The translations under genes and the position numbers were made by a program. 64,000 bases of DNA. Origin: Campylobacteraceae bacterium. GTDB lineage: Bacteria > Campylobacterota > Campylobacteria > Campylobacterales > JALSKU01. The notes beneath the pieces were generated by a model. That model searched no databases. It saw nothing but the letters and a program-made list of their open reading frames with translations, and was not told where the DNA came from. How positions within the stretch are numbered: position 1 is the stretch's first letter; every line of letters begins with the position of its first letter. Of this stretch, positions 9,634 to 20,938 are shown one piece after another. The DNA is taken from the NCBI GenBank assembly GCA_026993075.1, contig JALWUQ010000054.1:60676-124675 (forward strand). The letters run 5' to 3'.

Positions 9634-11784
9634 TTATTTTGAACTAACTGTATTTAAAAACTCAATAGTCTTATATTTGTTTTTTAATTGTTTTTTTATT
9701 TTATCATAATTAGCTTTAGGAATTTCAACAAGCAATTCAAAAAAATCAGCCAATTGTTCTTCGCTGCTTCCAAGCTCAATACTCATCACATTAATACCTA
9801 TTTTAGCTAAAAATGTTAAAAATATAGCCAAAGAGCCTCTTCTATTCTCTAAAGTAATAACAATCTTTGTTCTATTTGGCAATTCTCTTGCCCATTTAAC
9901 AAATGCCATTGTCTCACCCTCTTCAATCAAGTGAACAGCTTTTTCACAAAGCTTATGATGAATCGTTACATTTGATCCTTTTTTGATTGCGACAATATCA
10001 TCACCAATCTTGGGATTGCAACAATAATCAAATAAAACATTTGAAATAGAAAAATCTGTATAAAACACCAAATGATCAAATTTTTGTTTTTTGATTTTAT
10101 GTTGTCCAATTTTCAATATGGGAAAAAACATTTTATCATTTTGTGAATACTTATTGAGAGTTATAACAACATCTCTCAAAAATTTAGAATCAGTTGCTAT
10201 TTTATCTATCTTATTATAAAATTTCTCTTTTCTAAGCCAAGCTTTAAGCCTTCCTTTTCTGACATGAAAAATTGTTTCTAAAATATTTAAAGCAACTTGT
10301 TGATTTATTTCTCTTGTTTTTTGCCTGCAACTCAGACTAATGGCATTTCTTGCTTTTGAAGTCTTCAGTGAATTTATCCAACTGCATCTATATACAGGTT
10401 TTTCTCCGACAATAACATTTACAATATCACCATTTTTAAGTTTGCTAAGAAGTGGAACTTTTTGCTTATTCACATATATGGCTTTTGCTTTATCTCCGAT
10501 TTCAGTATGAACAACATAGGCAAAATCAAGAGCAGTTACATCTCTTGGCAAAGTAAAAATGTCTCCTTTCGGAGAAAATACAGAAATATCTTCACTATAT
10601 AAATCATTTTTTGCATATTCATAAAACTCTTGAACATTTTCATTACTATTTTCACCTGATTGTAAGTCTTCAAGCCATTCAAGTTTTGGACTTAGTCCAC
10701 TTTCTTTATATTTCCAGTGAGCAGCAAGTCCGTATTCCGCAGTTTTATGCATATCATAAGTTCTAATTTGAGCTTCTATAATAGATTTATTATCAAATAC
10801 AGTGGTATGAATTGTCTGATATCCATTTTCTTTTGGAACCGCAATATAATCTTTAAATCGCGATATCAAAGGACTGAAATTCAAGTGTATTGCACCGAGT
10901 GCCATGTAGCATTTAAGCGGATCTCGTACAATAATTCTTATAGCTAAAAGATCCAAAACTTCTTCTATACTAATACCTTTTCTTTGCATTTTAAGATATA
11001 TTGAATAGTGATGTTTTATCCTTTTTTCAAGACTAAAACTACCATCTATGAAACCATTGTTAAGCAATAGATTATGTACTTTGGATATAAAATGATTTAA
11101 TTTCAATTGAAGTTGTTGCGTATGTTGTTTTAAATATTGATCTATTTTATTATATTCTCTTGGCAATACTATTGAAAAAGCAATATCTTCGAGCATATTT
11201 TTAATAGTAGAAATACCCAATCTATGAGCAATGGGAACATATACTACCAATGTCTCTTCTGAAATTCTTTTTCTTTTTTCTTCACTTAACGCATCAATAG
11301 TCAACATATTGTGCAATCTATCGCAAAGTTTTACAACAAGAACTCTCACATCAAGAATAGAAGCGACAAGCATTTTCCTGAAAGAAAGTGCGGATTTTGC
11401 AAGTCTCTCTTGAGAGCTTGAAGGCAATAGATTCTTATCTCTAATTTCTACTATCTTGGTAAGTCCTTCAACCAAATTTGCCACAGATTGTGAAAATTCA
11501 TTTTTGACTAATTCTATTGTGCACTCAGTATCTTCAACAACATCATGCAAAAGTGAAGCAATAATCATCTCTTTATCACCACCAAAATAAGCAACAATAT
11601 ACGAAACTAATATAGGATGAACAGCATAATCCTCACCACTTTTTCTATGCTGTCCTTCATGGTAAAAAACACAAAAATTTAATGCTTTTTCAATATCTTC
11701 ATCAAACTCAACTTTATAATATAAATATTTCTTTGCCTGCTCTATTGTTTTACAGGATTTTATATTATTTATTAATTCGGTCAA
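9634..11784 (-). CDS. spoT: bifunctional (p)ppGpp synthetase/hydrolase
   Basis: 716 aa. It has an HD hydrolase domain (LLHDVVEDT), a RelA/SpoT synthetase domain (YQTIHTTV), and TGS and ACT-like C-terminal domains. Confidence 0.93.
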   Translation of the reverse strand: MTELINNIKSCKTIEQAKKYLYYKVEFDEDIEKALNFCVFYHEGQHRKSGEDYAVHPILVSYIVAYFGGDKEMIIASLLHDVVEDTECTIELVKNEFSQSVANLVEGLTKIVEIRDKNLLPSSSQERLAKSALSFRKMLVASILDVRVLVVKLCDRLHNMLTIDALSEEKRKRISEETLVVYVPIAHRLGISTIKNMLEDIAFSIVLPREYNKIDQYLKQHTQQLQLKLNHFISKVHNLLLNNGFIDGSFSLEKRIKHHYSIYLKMQRKGISIEEVLDLLAIRIIVRDPLKCYMALGAIHLNFSPLISRFKDYIAVPKENGYQTIHTTVFDNKSIIEAQIRTYDMHKTAEYGLAAHWKYKESGLSPKLEWLEDLQSGENSNENVQEFYEYAKNDLYSEDISVFSPKGDIFTLPRDVTALDFAYVVHTEIGDKAKAIYVNKQKVPLLSKLKNGDIVNVIVGEKPVYRCSWINSLKTSKARNAISLSCRQKTREINQQVALNILETIFHVRKGRLKAWLRKEKFYNKIDKIATDSKFLRDVVITLNKYSQNDKMFFPILKIGQHKIKKQKFDHLVFYTDFSISNVLFDYCCNPKIGDDIVAIKKGSNVTIHHKLCEKAVHLIEEGETMAFVKWARELPNRTKIVITLENRRGSLAIFLTFLAKIGINVMSIELGSSEEQLADFFELLVEIPKANYDKIKKQLKNKYKTIEFLNTVSSK

Positions 11785-11790
11785 TATATT

Positions 11791-12009
11791 TTACTTTATT
11801 TTATGTATATCACTAAATTCAAGCTTATCTGCTGCGATCTCCATCAAAGCAATATCAGCAAATTTATATTTGTTTTTATCTATATCAATCTCCGGTTCAG
11901 CACCCGCACTTAACTGCTCAACTCTTTTCGCAACTGCTATGGATAAAAGATATCTATCATTATTCATATTATCTAACGCATCTGCTGTTATTTTTTCTAA
12001 TCTCATCAT
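11791..12009 (-). CDS. rpoZ: DNA-directed RNA polymerase omega subunit
   Basis: 72 aa with [16 protein letters not shown]. Its position between spoT and pyrH matches C. jejuni. Confidence 0.8.
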   Translation of the reverse strand: MMRLEKITADALDNMNNDRYLLSIAVAKRVEQLSAGAEPEIDIDKNKYKFADIALMEIAADKLEFSDIHKIK

Positions 12010-12050
12010 ATTTTCCTTTGTTAATTTTATCTTTATCTAAATATTTTTTG

Positions 12051-12785
<735 letters not shown>

Positions 12786-12815
12786 TTATGTGGTATTATT
12801 TTACTAAAATTTTAT

Positions 12816-14018
12816 TTAAAACCTAATCAATTTCAACGGATTAATATGATTATTCTTCTGTGTAACTTCAAAAGTTAACTCATTTTTAATCCTGCCTAGT
12901 ACATATCCTTTCCTAATTTTCATACCTTTTTTAACTGTTGGTGCAATTTTTGAGAGATGTGCATATATAGTATGAATACCATCTGCATTTTCTACTATAA
13001 CAACATTATCCAAAATTGGAGTAGCCTTGGCAAATATAACTTTTCCATTTAAAACATTTTTAACTTTCGCATTTGGGATTTTAGATCCAAGCACGACTGA
13101 TTCGTTAAAAATTCTTATCTTATATATAGGATCATAATATTCTCCAAATTTTCTTTTTATATAAAAACTTTTTAATGGGGCTATGGTTTTTCTGCCTCTG
13201 TATCTAACTACTCGGCCTTTTTGATAAGATGTCCCGAATTTTCTAATTTTTTGAGAATTAATATTACTGTTTTTTACTCTTGTTGGTTTTTTAAATCTTT
13301 TTCTTAACTTCAATATATTTAATTTCGTTAAAGTCTTTTTAATGGCATTTTGTTCATAAAATATTCTATTTAATTTCCTGTCATATAATACTTTTTGATA
13401 TTTTAGATATTTAATATTTTTTATTCGTTTGGCAATATTTTTTGCTAATACTTTTTTTCTATTTTGTACTTTTTTAATATATGCTTTCAAATCTTTTATT
13501 TTTTTTGTTACATTATCTATTTTTTTATTTACATTATCATATTTTTGCCTAATCTTGTCAAACTTATCCCTCAGTATTTTACTCAAAGAATTAACAATTT
13601 CCTGGCTTATTATGCTTTTTAAACTTATATTATTTCTATAATTTCCAATTATTTCAATAGATAATTCTTTGGATATAATTTGTATAATTTGCTTTTTAAT
13701 TTTATCTTTTGTTTTACTCAGCAAAGAAATGTTACCCTGCAAAAAATTTAATTCTTTCATTTTTTTTACATACTGTTTTTTTTGATTTTCCAAAAATATA
13801 TCACTTTGCCTAATATTATTATTTATTATACTTATTTCTCTTTTTTTTGCGATGATGGTCGATGCGATATCTTCTAATTTATTTTTTATTTTTTTTGCAC
13901 TTCTTTTTTTTGATCTTAAAATATTTTTATTATGAATAATATCTTTACTAATCTTATCTCTTGAAAAAGAATATGAAGCAAACAATAATAAAGATAATAT
14001 TACAAAAAATGCTTTCAT
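12816..14018 (-). CDS. envC: EnvC-like murein hydrolase activator (coiled coil plus degenerate LytM/M23 domain)
   Basis: 400 aa with a signal peptide and a Lys-rich coiled-coil middle. The C-terminal M23 fold (DGIHTIYAHLS) lacks the HxxxD and HxH metal ligands (NELTFEV replaces PHLHFE). It overlaps ftsX by 4 nt. Confidence 0.75.
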   Translation of the reverse strand: MKAFFVILSLLLFASYSFSRDKISKDIIHNKNILRSKKRSAKKIKNKLEDIASTIIAKKREISIINNNIRQSDIFLENQKKQYVKKMKELNFLQGNISLLSKTKDKIKKQIIQIISKELSIEIIGNYRNNISLKSIISQEIVNSLSKILRDKFDKIRQKYDNVNKKIDNVTKKIKDLKAYIKKVQNRKKVLAKNIAKRIKNIKYLKYQKVLYDRKLNRIFYEQNAIKKTLTKLNILKLRKRFKKPTRVKNSNINSQKIRKFGTSYQKGRVVRYRGRKTIAPLKSFYIKRKFGEYYDPIYKIRIFNESVVLGSKIPNAKVKNVLNGKVIFAKATPILDNVVIVENADGIHTIYAHLSKIAPTVKKGMKIRKGYVLGRIKNELTFEVTQKNNHINPLKLIRF

Positions 14019-14824
14019 TCTTTATTTAACTTCAAAATAGCAAATGTAACTGATATCACAGATATAAATATTCCTATACCAAATAGTATCAAACTGTCAA
14101 AAATATGAAATTGAGGAAATGGTATATCTATGCCACTTAAATGATCTATAGTTTTCGATTTTGTAGAAATAAATAAAAACACTAAAGAAACCAAGACAGA
14201 GCTGATAATTGAATCTACTATAACCACTCTGTAAAGCATAGCACTTTTCATCCAAAAAGGAGCACCTAAAATACTCATTATTTCAAATCTTTGCTTATGT
14301 TCAAATATCCAAACTTCAGCTTGTTTAATAATAAGAAGCCAGACAACAACAGATACAAAGATAGTAAAAAATAATAATAAAATTTTATTGAAAGTCAAAA
14401 AATTATAGAATTTATCATAATTTTTTTTAAATGTAGTGACTGATTTTACGCCAGTTATATTTTTTAGTTTTCTCTTCATGGAAGATAACTCTTTTGATGT
14501 AGGTAAATATTTGAGCTTAGCTGAGTAAAATATTGGAAAATCATTTTTTATTTTCTCTAAACTACTTGCTGAAATATTATTTTTTAAATTATTTAATACA
14601 TTATTTACATTTATAATCTTCAATTCAGATAAATTATTTATCTTATCAGCAACTATTTTTTTATCTAATGGCACCTTTGAGACAATTACAATAGAATATT
14701 CGTTATTTATTTTTTGCTCATAATTATTTACAACTCTTTTAAGCATATAAAAACTCTCAACAGCAAACAATAGTAAAAAAAGCGGCAAAACAATAGAAAT
14801 ATGATACTTAAGAAACTTCATCAA
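14015..14824 (-). CDS. ftsX: cell-division ABC transporter permease FtsX-like
   Basis: 269 aa with one N-terminal TM, a periplasmic loop and three C-terminal TMs. It overlaps ftsE. Confidence 0.8.
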   Translation of the reverse strand: MMKFLKYHISIVLPLFLLLFAVESFYMLKRVVNNYEQKINNEYSIVIVSKVPLDKKIVADKINNLSELKIINVNNVLNNLKNNISASSLEKIKNDFPIFYSAKLKYLPTSKELSSMKRKLKNITGVKSVTTFKKNYDKFYNFLTFNKILLLFFTIFVSVVVWLLIIKQAEVWIFEHKQRFEIMSILGAPFWMKSAMLYRVVIVDSIISSVLVSLVFLFISTKSKTIDHLSGIDIPFPQFHIFDSLILFGIGIFISVISVTFAILKLNKE

Positions 14825-15482
14825 TTTCTCCCTTATCTATAATCAAATGCCTATAATTTACTCTCAACAGTGAAGGTATCTTGTGGGTAACTGCTATAAT
14901 AGATGTTCCTAATTGAGCATTTGCACCTTTTAGAAGATCCCATATAACTGAGCTTGAATACTCATCAAGATTGCCTGTTGGCTCATCTGCTAATATTAAG
15001 ACAGGATTATGTGCTAATGCTCTTGCAACTGCTGCTCTTTGTTGCTCTCCGCCACTTAATTCCAATGGTATTTTATCAGCCTTATGTAGCAATTTTACAT
15101 GTTTTAGCAATTTATGAGCTTGTGCTATACAAACATCTTTGGAAAAACCAGCTATCAATAACGGCAACATAACATTTTTTTCAATTGTCCAGTTGTCAAT
15201 TAATTTATAATCTTGAAAAATAACTCCAATATGTTTTCTCAAAAAGATTTTATTTTTTGTAGAAATATTGTTCAATTCAACACCGCAAACACTCAAAATT
15301 CCCTCTTTGGGCGGTAAAACACCATACATCGATTTGAGTAGTGTTGACTTTCCACTCCCACTTCTTCCTGTTATAAAAATAAAATCTTTAGTATTAACAT
15401 CAAACTTTGTATTTTTTATGATAGGTTCATTTTTTTTATAGGATAAGGTTAAATTTTGCGCTTTTACAACGGTATTACTCAT
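14808..15482 (-). CDS. ftsE: cell-division ABC transporter ATP-binding protein FtsE
   Basis: 224 aa. Walker [10 protein letters not shown], signature LSGGEQQR and Walker [10 protein letters not shown] are present. Confidence 0.88.
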   Translation of the reverse strand: MSNTVVKAQNLTLSYKKNEPIIKNTKFDVNTKDFIFITGRSGSGKSTLLKSMYGVLPPKEGILSVCGVELNNISTKNKIFLRKHIGVIFQDYKLIDNWTIEKNVMLPLLIAGFSKDVCIAQAHKLLKHVKLLHKADKIPLELSGGEQQRAAVARALAHNPVLILADEPTGNLDEYSSSVIWDLLKGANAQLGTSIIAVTHKIPSLLRVNYRHLIIDKGEIDEVS

Positions 15483-16635
15483 ATATAAACCTCTTTATTA
15501 AGTGATCTGATAAAATATTTTCTTTTGTTGGTATTATTGATGAAGGTAAATATGTGGGTATATTATTTAAAATCACTATATATCGATGTTCGCTTCTACC
15601 AAAAGAGCCAAATGAAAGTTGAATTATACCTGAATTATCATTTATCTTATATATATTTTCAAAATGTATAAAATATCCATTTTCTTTTATGACTTTATTT
15701 TGAAAATTATTAATTATTTTCTTGAAATTAATCTTTTTTTTAAATTCCTGAAAATACAACTCCTCTTTATCTTTTGATATTTCACCATTTAATAAATATA
15801 AATCATAAATATTTTTATCCATTTTCTTCCATCTATCTTCATATTTACTTGATATAATATCATTATTATTTTTTCTAATTACTAAATTACACTTTTTTAA
15901 TGATAAAAACAAGTCTTTTGAATATTTAAAATAATTTTCACTATCAGTTCTAAGCTCCAATGAGCCATTTTTTTTCAAAACTCTGATTGATTCATCTAAA
16001 AAAGATTTGCTGATAACTCTTCTATGAGGTTTTTTATCCCAAGGAACAGGGAAGTGTATATATATCTTATCTATGCTATTTGAACTAAGTATTTGCATAA
16101 AAGTTCTTGCATCATAATCTAATACGGAAATATTTGTAATATCTTGAATTTTACACTGTTTTAAAAGTTGTTCTATCGAAGGTTTATGTATTTCTATACC
16201 TATAAATTCTTTATTTGGATTTTTTTTAGCAATGTGTAGCAAATGTCTGCCACTGCCGAAACCTATTTCGATTTCACAATCATTTTTAGTTTTATAATTT
16301 TTATAAAAAAAAATATCTTTTTGATAAATTGATTTTTTCTTTAAATGATTTTTTTTTGATATAACATTTGAACTTAAAACACTAAGTTTGTTGATTTGTA
16401 TAAAATCTTGTATAGCATCTTGTATAATTTTGACATTTGTAGGTCTTGTAATCTTATCTGCTTTAAAAAGCAAGTGATTATTCTTATCAATAATTTTTAT
16501 AAAAAAATTCTCATTCAAGCTTTCAACATATAACAACTTATCATATTTGGATGAAGCTATATATTTGTAATAAAATTTTGTACTTTTTAAAGGCAAATTA
16601 CGAAAAAGCTTTTTTTCGGTATGGGCATTTGGCAT
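15475..16635 (-). CDS. trmB: tRNA (guanine46-N7)-methyltransferase with an epsilonproteobacterial N-terminal extension
   Basis: 386 aa. The C-terminal half has EIGFGSGRHLLHIAKKNPNKEFIGIEIH and FPVPWDKKPHRRV. The N-terminal ~120 aa has no match that I recognise. Confidence 0.82.
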   Translation of the reverse strand: MPNAHTEKKLFRNLPLKSTKFYYKYIASSKYDKLLYVESLNENFFIKIIDKNNHLLFKADKITRPTNVKIIQDAIQDFIQINKLSVLSSNVISKKNHLKKKSIYQKDIFFYKNYKTKNDCEIEIGFGSGRHLLHIAKKNPNKEFIGIEIHKPSIEQLLKQCKIQDITNISVLDYDARTFMQILSSNSIDKIYIHFPVPWDKKPHRRVISKSFLDESIRVLKKNGSLELRTDSENYFKYSKDLFLSLKKCNLVIRKNNNDIISSKYEDRWKKMDKNIYDLYLLNGEISKDKEELYFQEFKKKINFKKIINNFQNKVIKENGYFIHFENIYKINDNSGIIQLSFGSFGRSEHRYIVILNNIPTYLPSSIIPTKENILSDHLIKRFIYE

Positions 16636-16638
16636 TAT

Positions 16639-17892
16639 CTATTTATTACCTTTAGGTATATCTATTGTAATTTCATGTGTTGGTTTTGATGCGATGCCAA
16701 ATTTGTCTATTGCGATAACTGAATATCTGTATTCTTTGCCGGGAATAATATTACTGTCTATGTAACTGTTACCGGAAATATTTATAAATTTAATCGTTTT
16801 TTCGCTAAAACCACTACCTATTTTTTTAACAACACTATATTTAACATCTCGGCTGCTCCCCCTATTCCAAACAATCTCAACAGATGAGCCTACCATAGAT
16901 ACATTTCTTAAAACAGGCGGTGGCGGTGGCGGAAGAGTTGTTCCCATGACAGGATTTTGCTGTTTTGGCGACTCTAATCCTTCATTATCGACAGCAGTTA
17001 CTTTATAATATCTAGCAACCCCGTTTTTTTCTATTAAATCATCAAATTTATTATCAGCAGTTTTAGCTAAATAGGTATAAAAAATATAAGGTGTATTAGC
17101 TCGATATACATTATAATAAGAGATATCTTTTTTTGGGCTAAAATTCCATGAAATCTCTATCCTTTTGGGCAAATTTCTGGTTGCTCTTAGACCACTTACT
17201 ATTGGAGGTAGAGGCTTGGTGCTACCTTCTACTATTTTACTTGGAGTTGAAATTATACCACTGCAAGTTTTTACTTCAACCCTGTATCTGTAGCTTTTAT
17301 TATCCGGTAAATCCTTATCTATGTATTCGGCATTTAACCTTCCTTTGACTGTAGCTATCGTCTTCCATTTGAGATCTGTCAATGAATTTCGTTGAATAAT
17401 ATAACTTGTGACACTCGGATTTGGATGCGGTCTCCAGATAAGTTTTATCATATGTGGCAATCCGGATATTGCATCTATATATGGCACAGATGATAATAGT
17501 TGCATTGTCTTAGTCTTAATCACTTCACTTGGTCTAGATTCTCTATTGTTATTGCTAAAAGTTGACATTCTGTAATAATAAACCGTACCAGGTATAAGTT
17601 TTGTATCAACATAGTGGGAAACATATCTATCTTTTATGGTTGCAATTCTGTGAAGTTTTCCATTTTGTTTTAACGGATCTGATCTATATATGTAATAACC
17701 GTTAATACTATTTTGATAAATCGGCTCCCACTCAAGTGCTACTTTTGTCATGCCAGAGAGAGTTTTTATGCCGGTAACAGTAGGCATATTGGGATCAATT
17801 ATAACTCTTGGCGGATTTGGTGAAATATTTTGACAACCACTAACAAAAAGTATCAAAATTATTGATGATATACTCAGGATTAACTTTTTCAT
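16639..17892 (-). CDS. flpA: fibronectin type III repeat lipoprotein (FlpA-like adhesin)
   Basis: 417 aa with lipobox LFVSGC. It has repeated ~95-aa FN3-like modules (W.P....V.GY.IYR, YYRV.A.D) and a PPPPPP linker. Position between trmB and rluD matches C. jejuni flpA. Confidence 0.75.
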   Translation of the reverse strand: MKKLILSISSIILILFVSGCQNISPNPPRVIIDPNMPTVTGIKTLSGMTKVALEWEPIYQNSINGYYIYRSDPLKQNGKLHRIATIKDRYVSHYVDTKLIPGTVYYYRMSTFSNNNRESRPSEVIKTKTMQLLSSVPYIDAISGLPHMIKLIWRPHPNPSVTSYIIQRNSLTDLKWKTIATVKGRLNAEYIDKDLPDNKSYRYRVEVKTCSGIISTPSKIVEGSTKPLPPIVSGLRATRNLPKRIEISWNFSPKKDISYYNVYRANTPYIFYTYLAKTADNKFDDLIEKNGVARYYKVTAVDNEGLESPKQQNPVMGTTLPPPPPPVLRNVSMVGSSVEIVWNRGSSRDVKYSVVKKIGSGFSEKTIKFINISGNSYIDSNIIPGKEYRYSVIAIDKFGIASKPTHEITIDIPKGNK

Positions 17893-18793
17893 TAAACTGC
17901 TCCATATTAAATTTTTCTCTCACAACATTCATAAAGTCATCTTGCAAAGGTGCTTTTATAAATATGCTCTTATTAGTTACTGGATGCACCAAATACAATA
18001 TGTATGCATGTAGCATTACTCTGTTTATTATACCCTTTTTGCTCTTAAAACCGTATAAACTATCTCCTGCGATATGTCTTGAAATACTACTTAAATGTAC
18101 TCTTATCTGATGAGTTCTGCCTGTAAAAAGTTTTGCTGCAATTAGTTCAAATTTTTCATTTTTAGATGTTAATAATTTTAAAAAGGCACTTTTTGCATAT
18201 TTACCAGAATTATCTACTCCCATTTTAAGCCTGTTTTTTCTACTTCTTGCTATATGTTTTTCTATTATGATATTTTCTTTTAATGCCATATCAACAATAG
18301 CAAGATAATACCTGCCCATACTCTTATCTTCAAGCTGTTTAGATAATTTTAAGTGCGATTCATTATTTTTTGCTATCACCAAAGCTCCGCTTGTTTGTTT
18401 ATCTATTCTGTGCACAATTCCATGTCTTTCATCTCCACTGATAGTTGATAAAGAAATATTTTTAGATTTTAGCCAGTCAACCAGTGTGGCCTCCTTAACA
18501 CTCGGTGCTGGATGAACTGTCAGAAAAGGAGGTTTATTGATCACCATAATATCTTCATCTTCATATAAAATATCTATATCAAAATCTACATCGGTAATAG
18601 GTGAATGTTTTATCTCTTGCAATATATATTTTATTTTTTCTCCACCGCAGAGTTTATAGCCACATTTTTTAATGACTTTATTATCCACGCTGACACAACC
18701 TTTTTTAATAAAATGTTCTATTTGATTCCTAGTGGTTTGCATCTCTTTTTGTAAAATAATATCTAATCTTCCAGCATTTGCTATAAATTCCAA
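17840..18793 (-). CDS. rluD: 23S rRNA pseudouridine synthase, RluA/RluD family
   Basis: 317 aa with an N-terminal S4-like domain and the catalytic motif HRIDKQTSGAL. Its 3' end overlaps the flpA-like start by 53 nt. Confidence 0.85.
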   Translation of the reverse strand: MEFIANAGRLDIILQKEMQTTRNQIEHFIKKGCVSVDNKVIKKCGYKLCGGEKIKYILQEIKHSPITDVDFDIDILYEDEDIMVINKPPFLTVHPAPSVKEATLVDWLKSKNISLSTISGDERHGIVHRIDKQTSGALVIAKNNESHLKLSKQLEDKSMGRYYLAIVDMALKENIIIEKHIARSRKNRLKMGVDNSGKYAKSAFLKLLTSKNEKFELIAAKLFTGRTHQIRVHLSSISRHIAGDSLYGFKSKKGIINRVMLHAYILYLVHPVTNKSIFIKAPLQDDFMNVVREKFNMEQFNEKVNPEYIINNFDTFC

Positions 18794-18841
18794 TTTGTAC
18801 TCTTTTTTTTGATATAATACCTAAAAAATTAAAGGTATATT

Positions 18842-19945
18842 TTGCTTCAAATCGACAGACGAATATTAACACATTTTGACTTTATACTTCCAATATTGAT
18901 AATTCCAATAATTATTTTATCATTTTATTTAATAAATGAAGCAAATCAAGCCTTGGCACATAAACAATTAATATATTTTAGCATAGGTGCAATTATTTTT
19001 TCTATCACATTTATAATACCTATTAAAAAATTTGATTGGATAATACCACTTTTTTATTGGGTTAGCATCATTCTTCTATTTAGTGTTGACTTCTTTGGTG
19101 TCACAAGATTAGGAGCAAGAAGATGGCTTGAAATTCCATTTATAAACTTTACAATTCAACCATCAGAAATATTTAAGCCTGCTTTTTTGCTTATGATAGC
19201 ATATCTTATAAAAAATAATCCGCCCAAATCAAGCGGATACGGTTGGAGAGAATTTGGTAAATTTAGCTTATATATTATATTACCATTTGTACTTATTATG
19301 AAAGAGCCTGATTTAGGAACTGCTCTAATTCTTTTACTTATAGGATATTCAACTTTATTTGTTATAGGAGTAAATAAAAAAATTTGGATTATACTTGGTA
19401 TCGCCATCATAATTTCAGCACCTCTTCTTTATAGCAATTTACACGGATATCAAAAAAAAAGAATAACAAACTTTTTAGGAGACAAAAAAAGTTATCATGT
19501 CAGACAGTCGATTATCGCCATAGGCTCAGGAGGGCTTAAAGGAAAATCAAAACAACAGGCTACTCAAACACATTTAAAATTTTTACCAGTTTCAACAAGT
19601 GATTTTATTTTTGCCTATTTTACAGAAAGATTTGGTTTTTTGGGAGCTTTAGGGTTATTGAGTTTATATACGCTTCTTGTTATACATTTGATGAGTTTTA
19701 GCTTTAAATTCAAAAAAAATTATTTTTTAAGGTCAATGGTAATATCTACAAGTTTTATGATATTTATATACATGAGCATAAATGTTGCTATGACTATAGC
19801 TTTGGCACCTGTCGTAGGAGTGCCTTTACCGTTTTTTAGTTATGGAGGCAGCAGTTTTATAACTTTTATGGTTATTTTTGGTATTATTGAAAATCTTATT
19901 TCATTTCAGTACGATACGATGTACAGTAAAATTAAATATAGGTAA
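18842..19945 (+). CDS. mrdB: SEDS peptidoglycan polymerase RodA (FtsW/RodA/SpoVE family)
   Basis: 367 aa with about 10 TM. It has QPSEIFKP and the C-terminal signature PLPFFSYGGSS. TTG start. Confidence 0.88.
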   Translation: MLQIDRRILTHFDFILPILIIPIIILSFYLINEANQALAHKQLIYFSIGAIIFSITFIIPIKKFDWIIPLFYWVSIILLFSVDFFGVTRLGARRWLEIPFINFTIQPSEIFKPAFLLMIAYLIKNNPPKSSGYGWREFGKFSLYIILPFVLIMKEPDLGTALILLLIGYSTLFVIGVNKKIWIILGIAIIISAPLLYSNLHGYQKKRITNFLGDKKSYHVRQSIIAIGSGGLKGKSKQQATQTHLKFLPVSTSDFIFAYFTERFGFLGALGLLSLYTLLVIHLMSFSFKFKKNYFLRSMVISTSFMIFIYMSINVAMTIALAPVVGVPLPFFSYGGSSFITFMVIFGIIENLISFQYDTMYSKIKYR

Positions 19946-20013
19946 TTAATAACTAAAGGACATCTAAAGAAAGATTAAGAAAAATTTGGGTAAAATTTCA
20001 CTCTTTAAATGGA

Positions 20014-20090
20014 GGGTTCATAGCTCAGTTGGTTAGAGCTCTCGGCTCATAACCGAGCGGTCCTAGGTTCGAGTCCTAGTGAACCCACCA
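20014..20090 (+). tRNA. tRNA with anticodon CAT (elongator Met, or Ile2 if lysidine-modified); not an initiator
   Basis: Cloverleaf drawn by hand: acceptor GGGTTCA/TGAACCC, D arm GCTC-AGTTGGTTA-GAGC, anticodon arm CTCGG-CTCATAA-CCGAG, T arm CTAGG-TTCGAGT-CCTAG, encoded CCA. A 1-72 G-C pair and only two G-C pairs at the base of the anticodon stem argue against tRNA-fMet. Confidence 0.9.
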
Positions 20091-20131
20091 CTCCTTTTTT
20101 TCTTTTCTCTTTTTATAACAGGAGATAAAAA

Positions 20132-20938
20132 TTGAATATTTTAAACATAGACTTTAACGAACTCTATATGCAACAGAAACAACAATCTACTTTTAAACCA
20201 AAAAGCAGTCAAGATTGGGACAAAAAAGCTGTAAATATATCAAAAAGAATATATAACAGTATATATAATAATGCATTGTTTGAGAAAATAAATTTTAAAG
20301 ATTGCAAAACTTTGCTTGACATAGGTTGTGGTGTTGGAAATATATCACTGTTGGCCGCAAGCAAACTTCAAAAAGTATACAGCTTGGACTTTTCCACTGT
20401 TATGCTTGAATATTTAAATTTGGAAGCAAAAAAAAGAAAAATAATAAATATTAAGACATTCAATTTATCATGGGAGGATTCCTGGCAGAATGTACCAAAT
20501 TCTGATATAGTGATAGCATCAAGATCTATGGAAGTTGAGAACATGAAAAAAACTCTTCAAAAAATAAATTCAAAAGCAAACAAAAGAGTTTATTTAACAT
20601 ATAAAGTTGGGGGTAGTTTTTTAAATGATGATATCTTAAAATATATTGGCAAGAAAATCAATAAAAAACCTGATTATATCTATACTGTAAATATTTTATA
20701 TCAAATGGGAATCAATGCTTCAGTTGATTTTATAAAAAGCGAAGGAAGAAATATACAATATACTGATAAAGAACATTTTATAAAAAGTATACTTTGGAGT
20801 ATAGGAAATTTAACAAAAGAAGAAGAAAGACTTTTAAAAGAGTATTATGAAATACATATAAAAAATAATAAACAACAAAATGATTATGTTTGTTGGGCAC
20901 TTATCTATTGGGACAAAAAGAGTGCTCCTTGCCTTTAA
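20132..20938 (+). CDS. class I SAM-dependent methyltransferase
   Basis: 268 aa. Motif I LLDIGCGVGNISL is present. TTG start preceded by AGGAG. Confidence 0.75.
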   Translation: MNILNIDFNELYMQQKQQSTFKPKSSQDWDKKAVNISKRIYNSIYNNALFEKINFKDCKTLLDIGCGVGNISLLAASKLQKVYSLDFSTVMLEYLNLEAKKRKIINIKTFNLSWEDSWQNVPNSDIVIASRSMEVENMKKTLQKINSKANKRVYLTYKVGGSFLNDDILKYIGKKINKKPDYIYTVNILYQMGINASVDFIKSEGRNIQYTDKEHFIKSILWSIGNLTKEEERLLKEYYEIHIKNNKQQNDYVCWALIYWDKKSAPCL

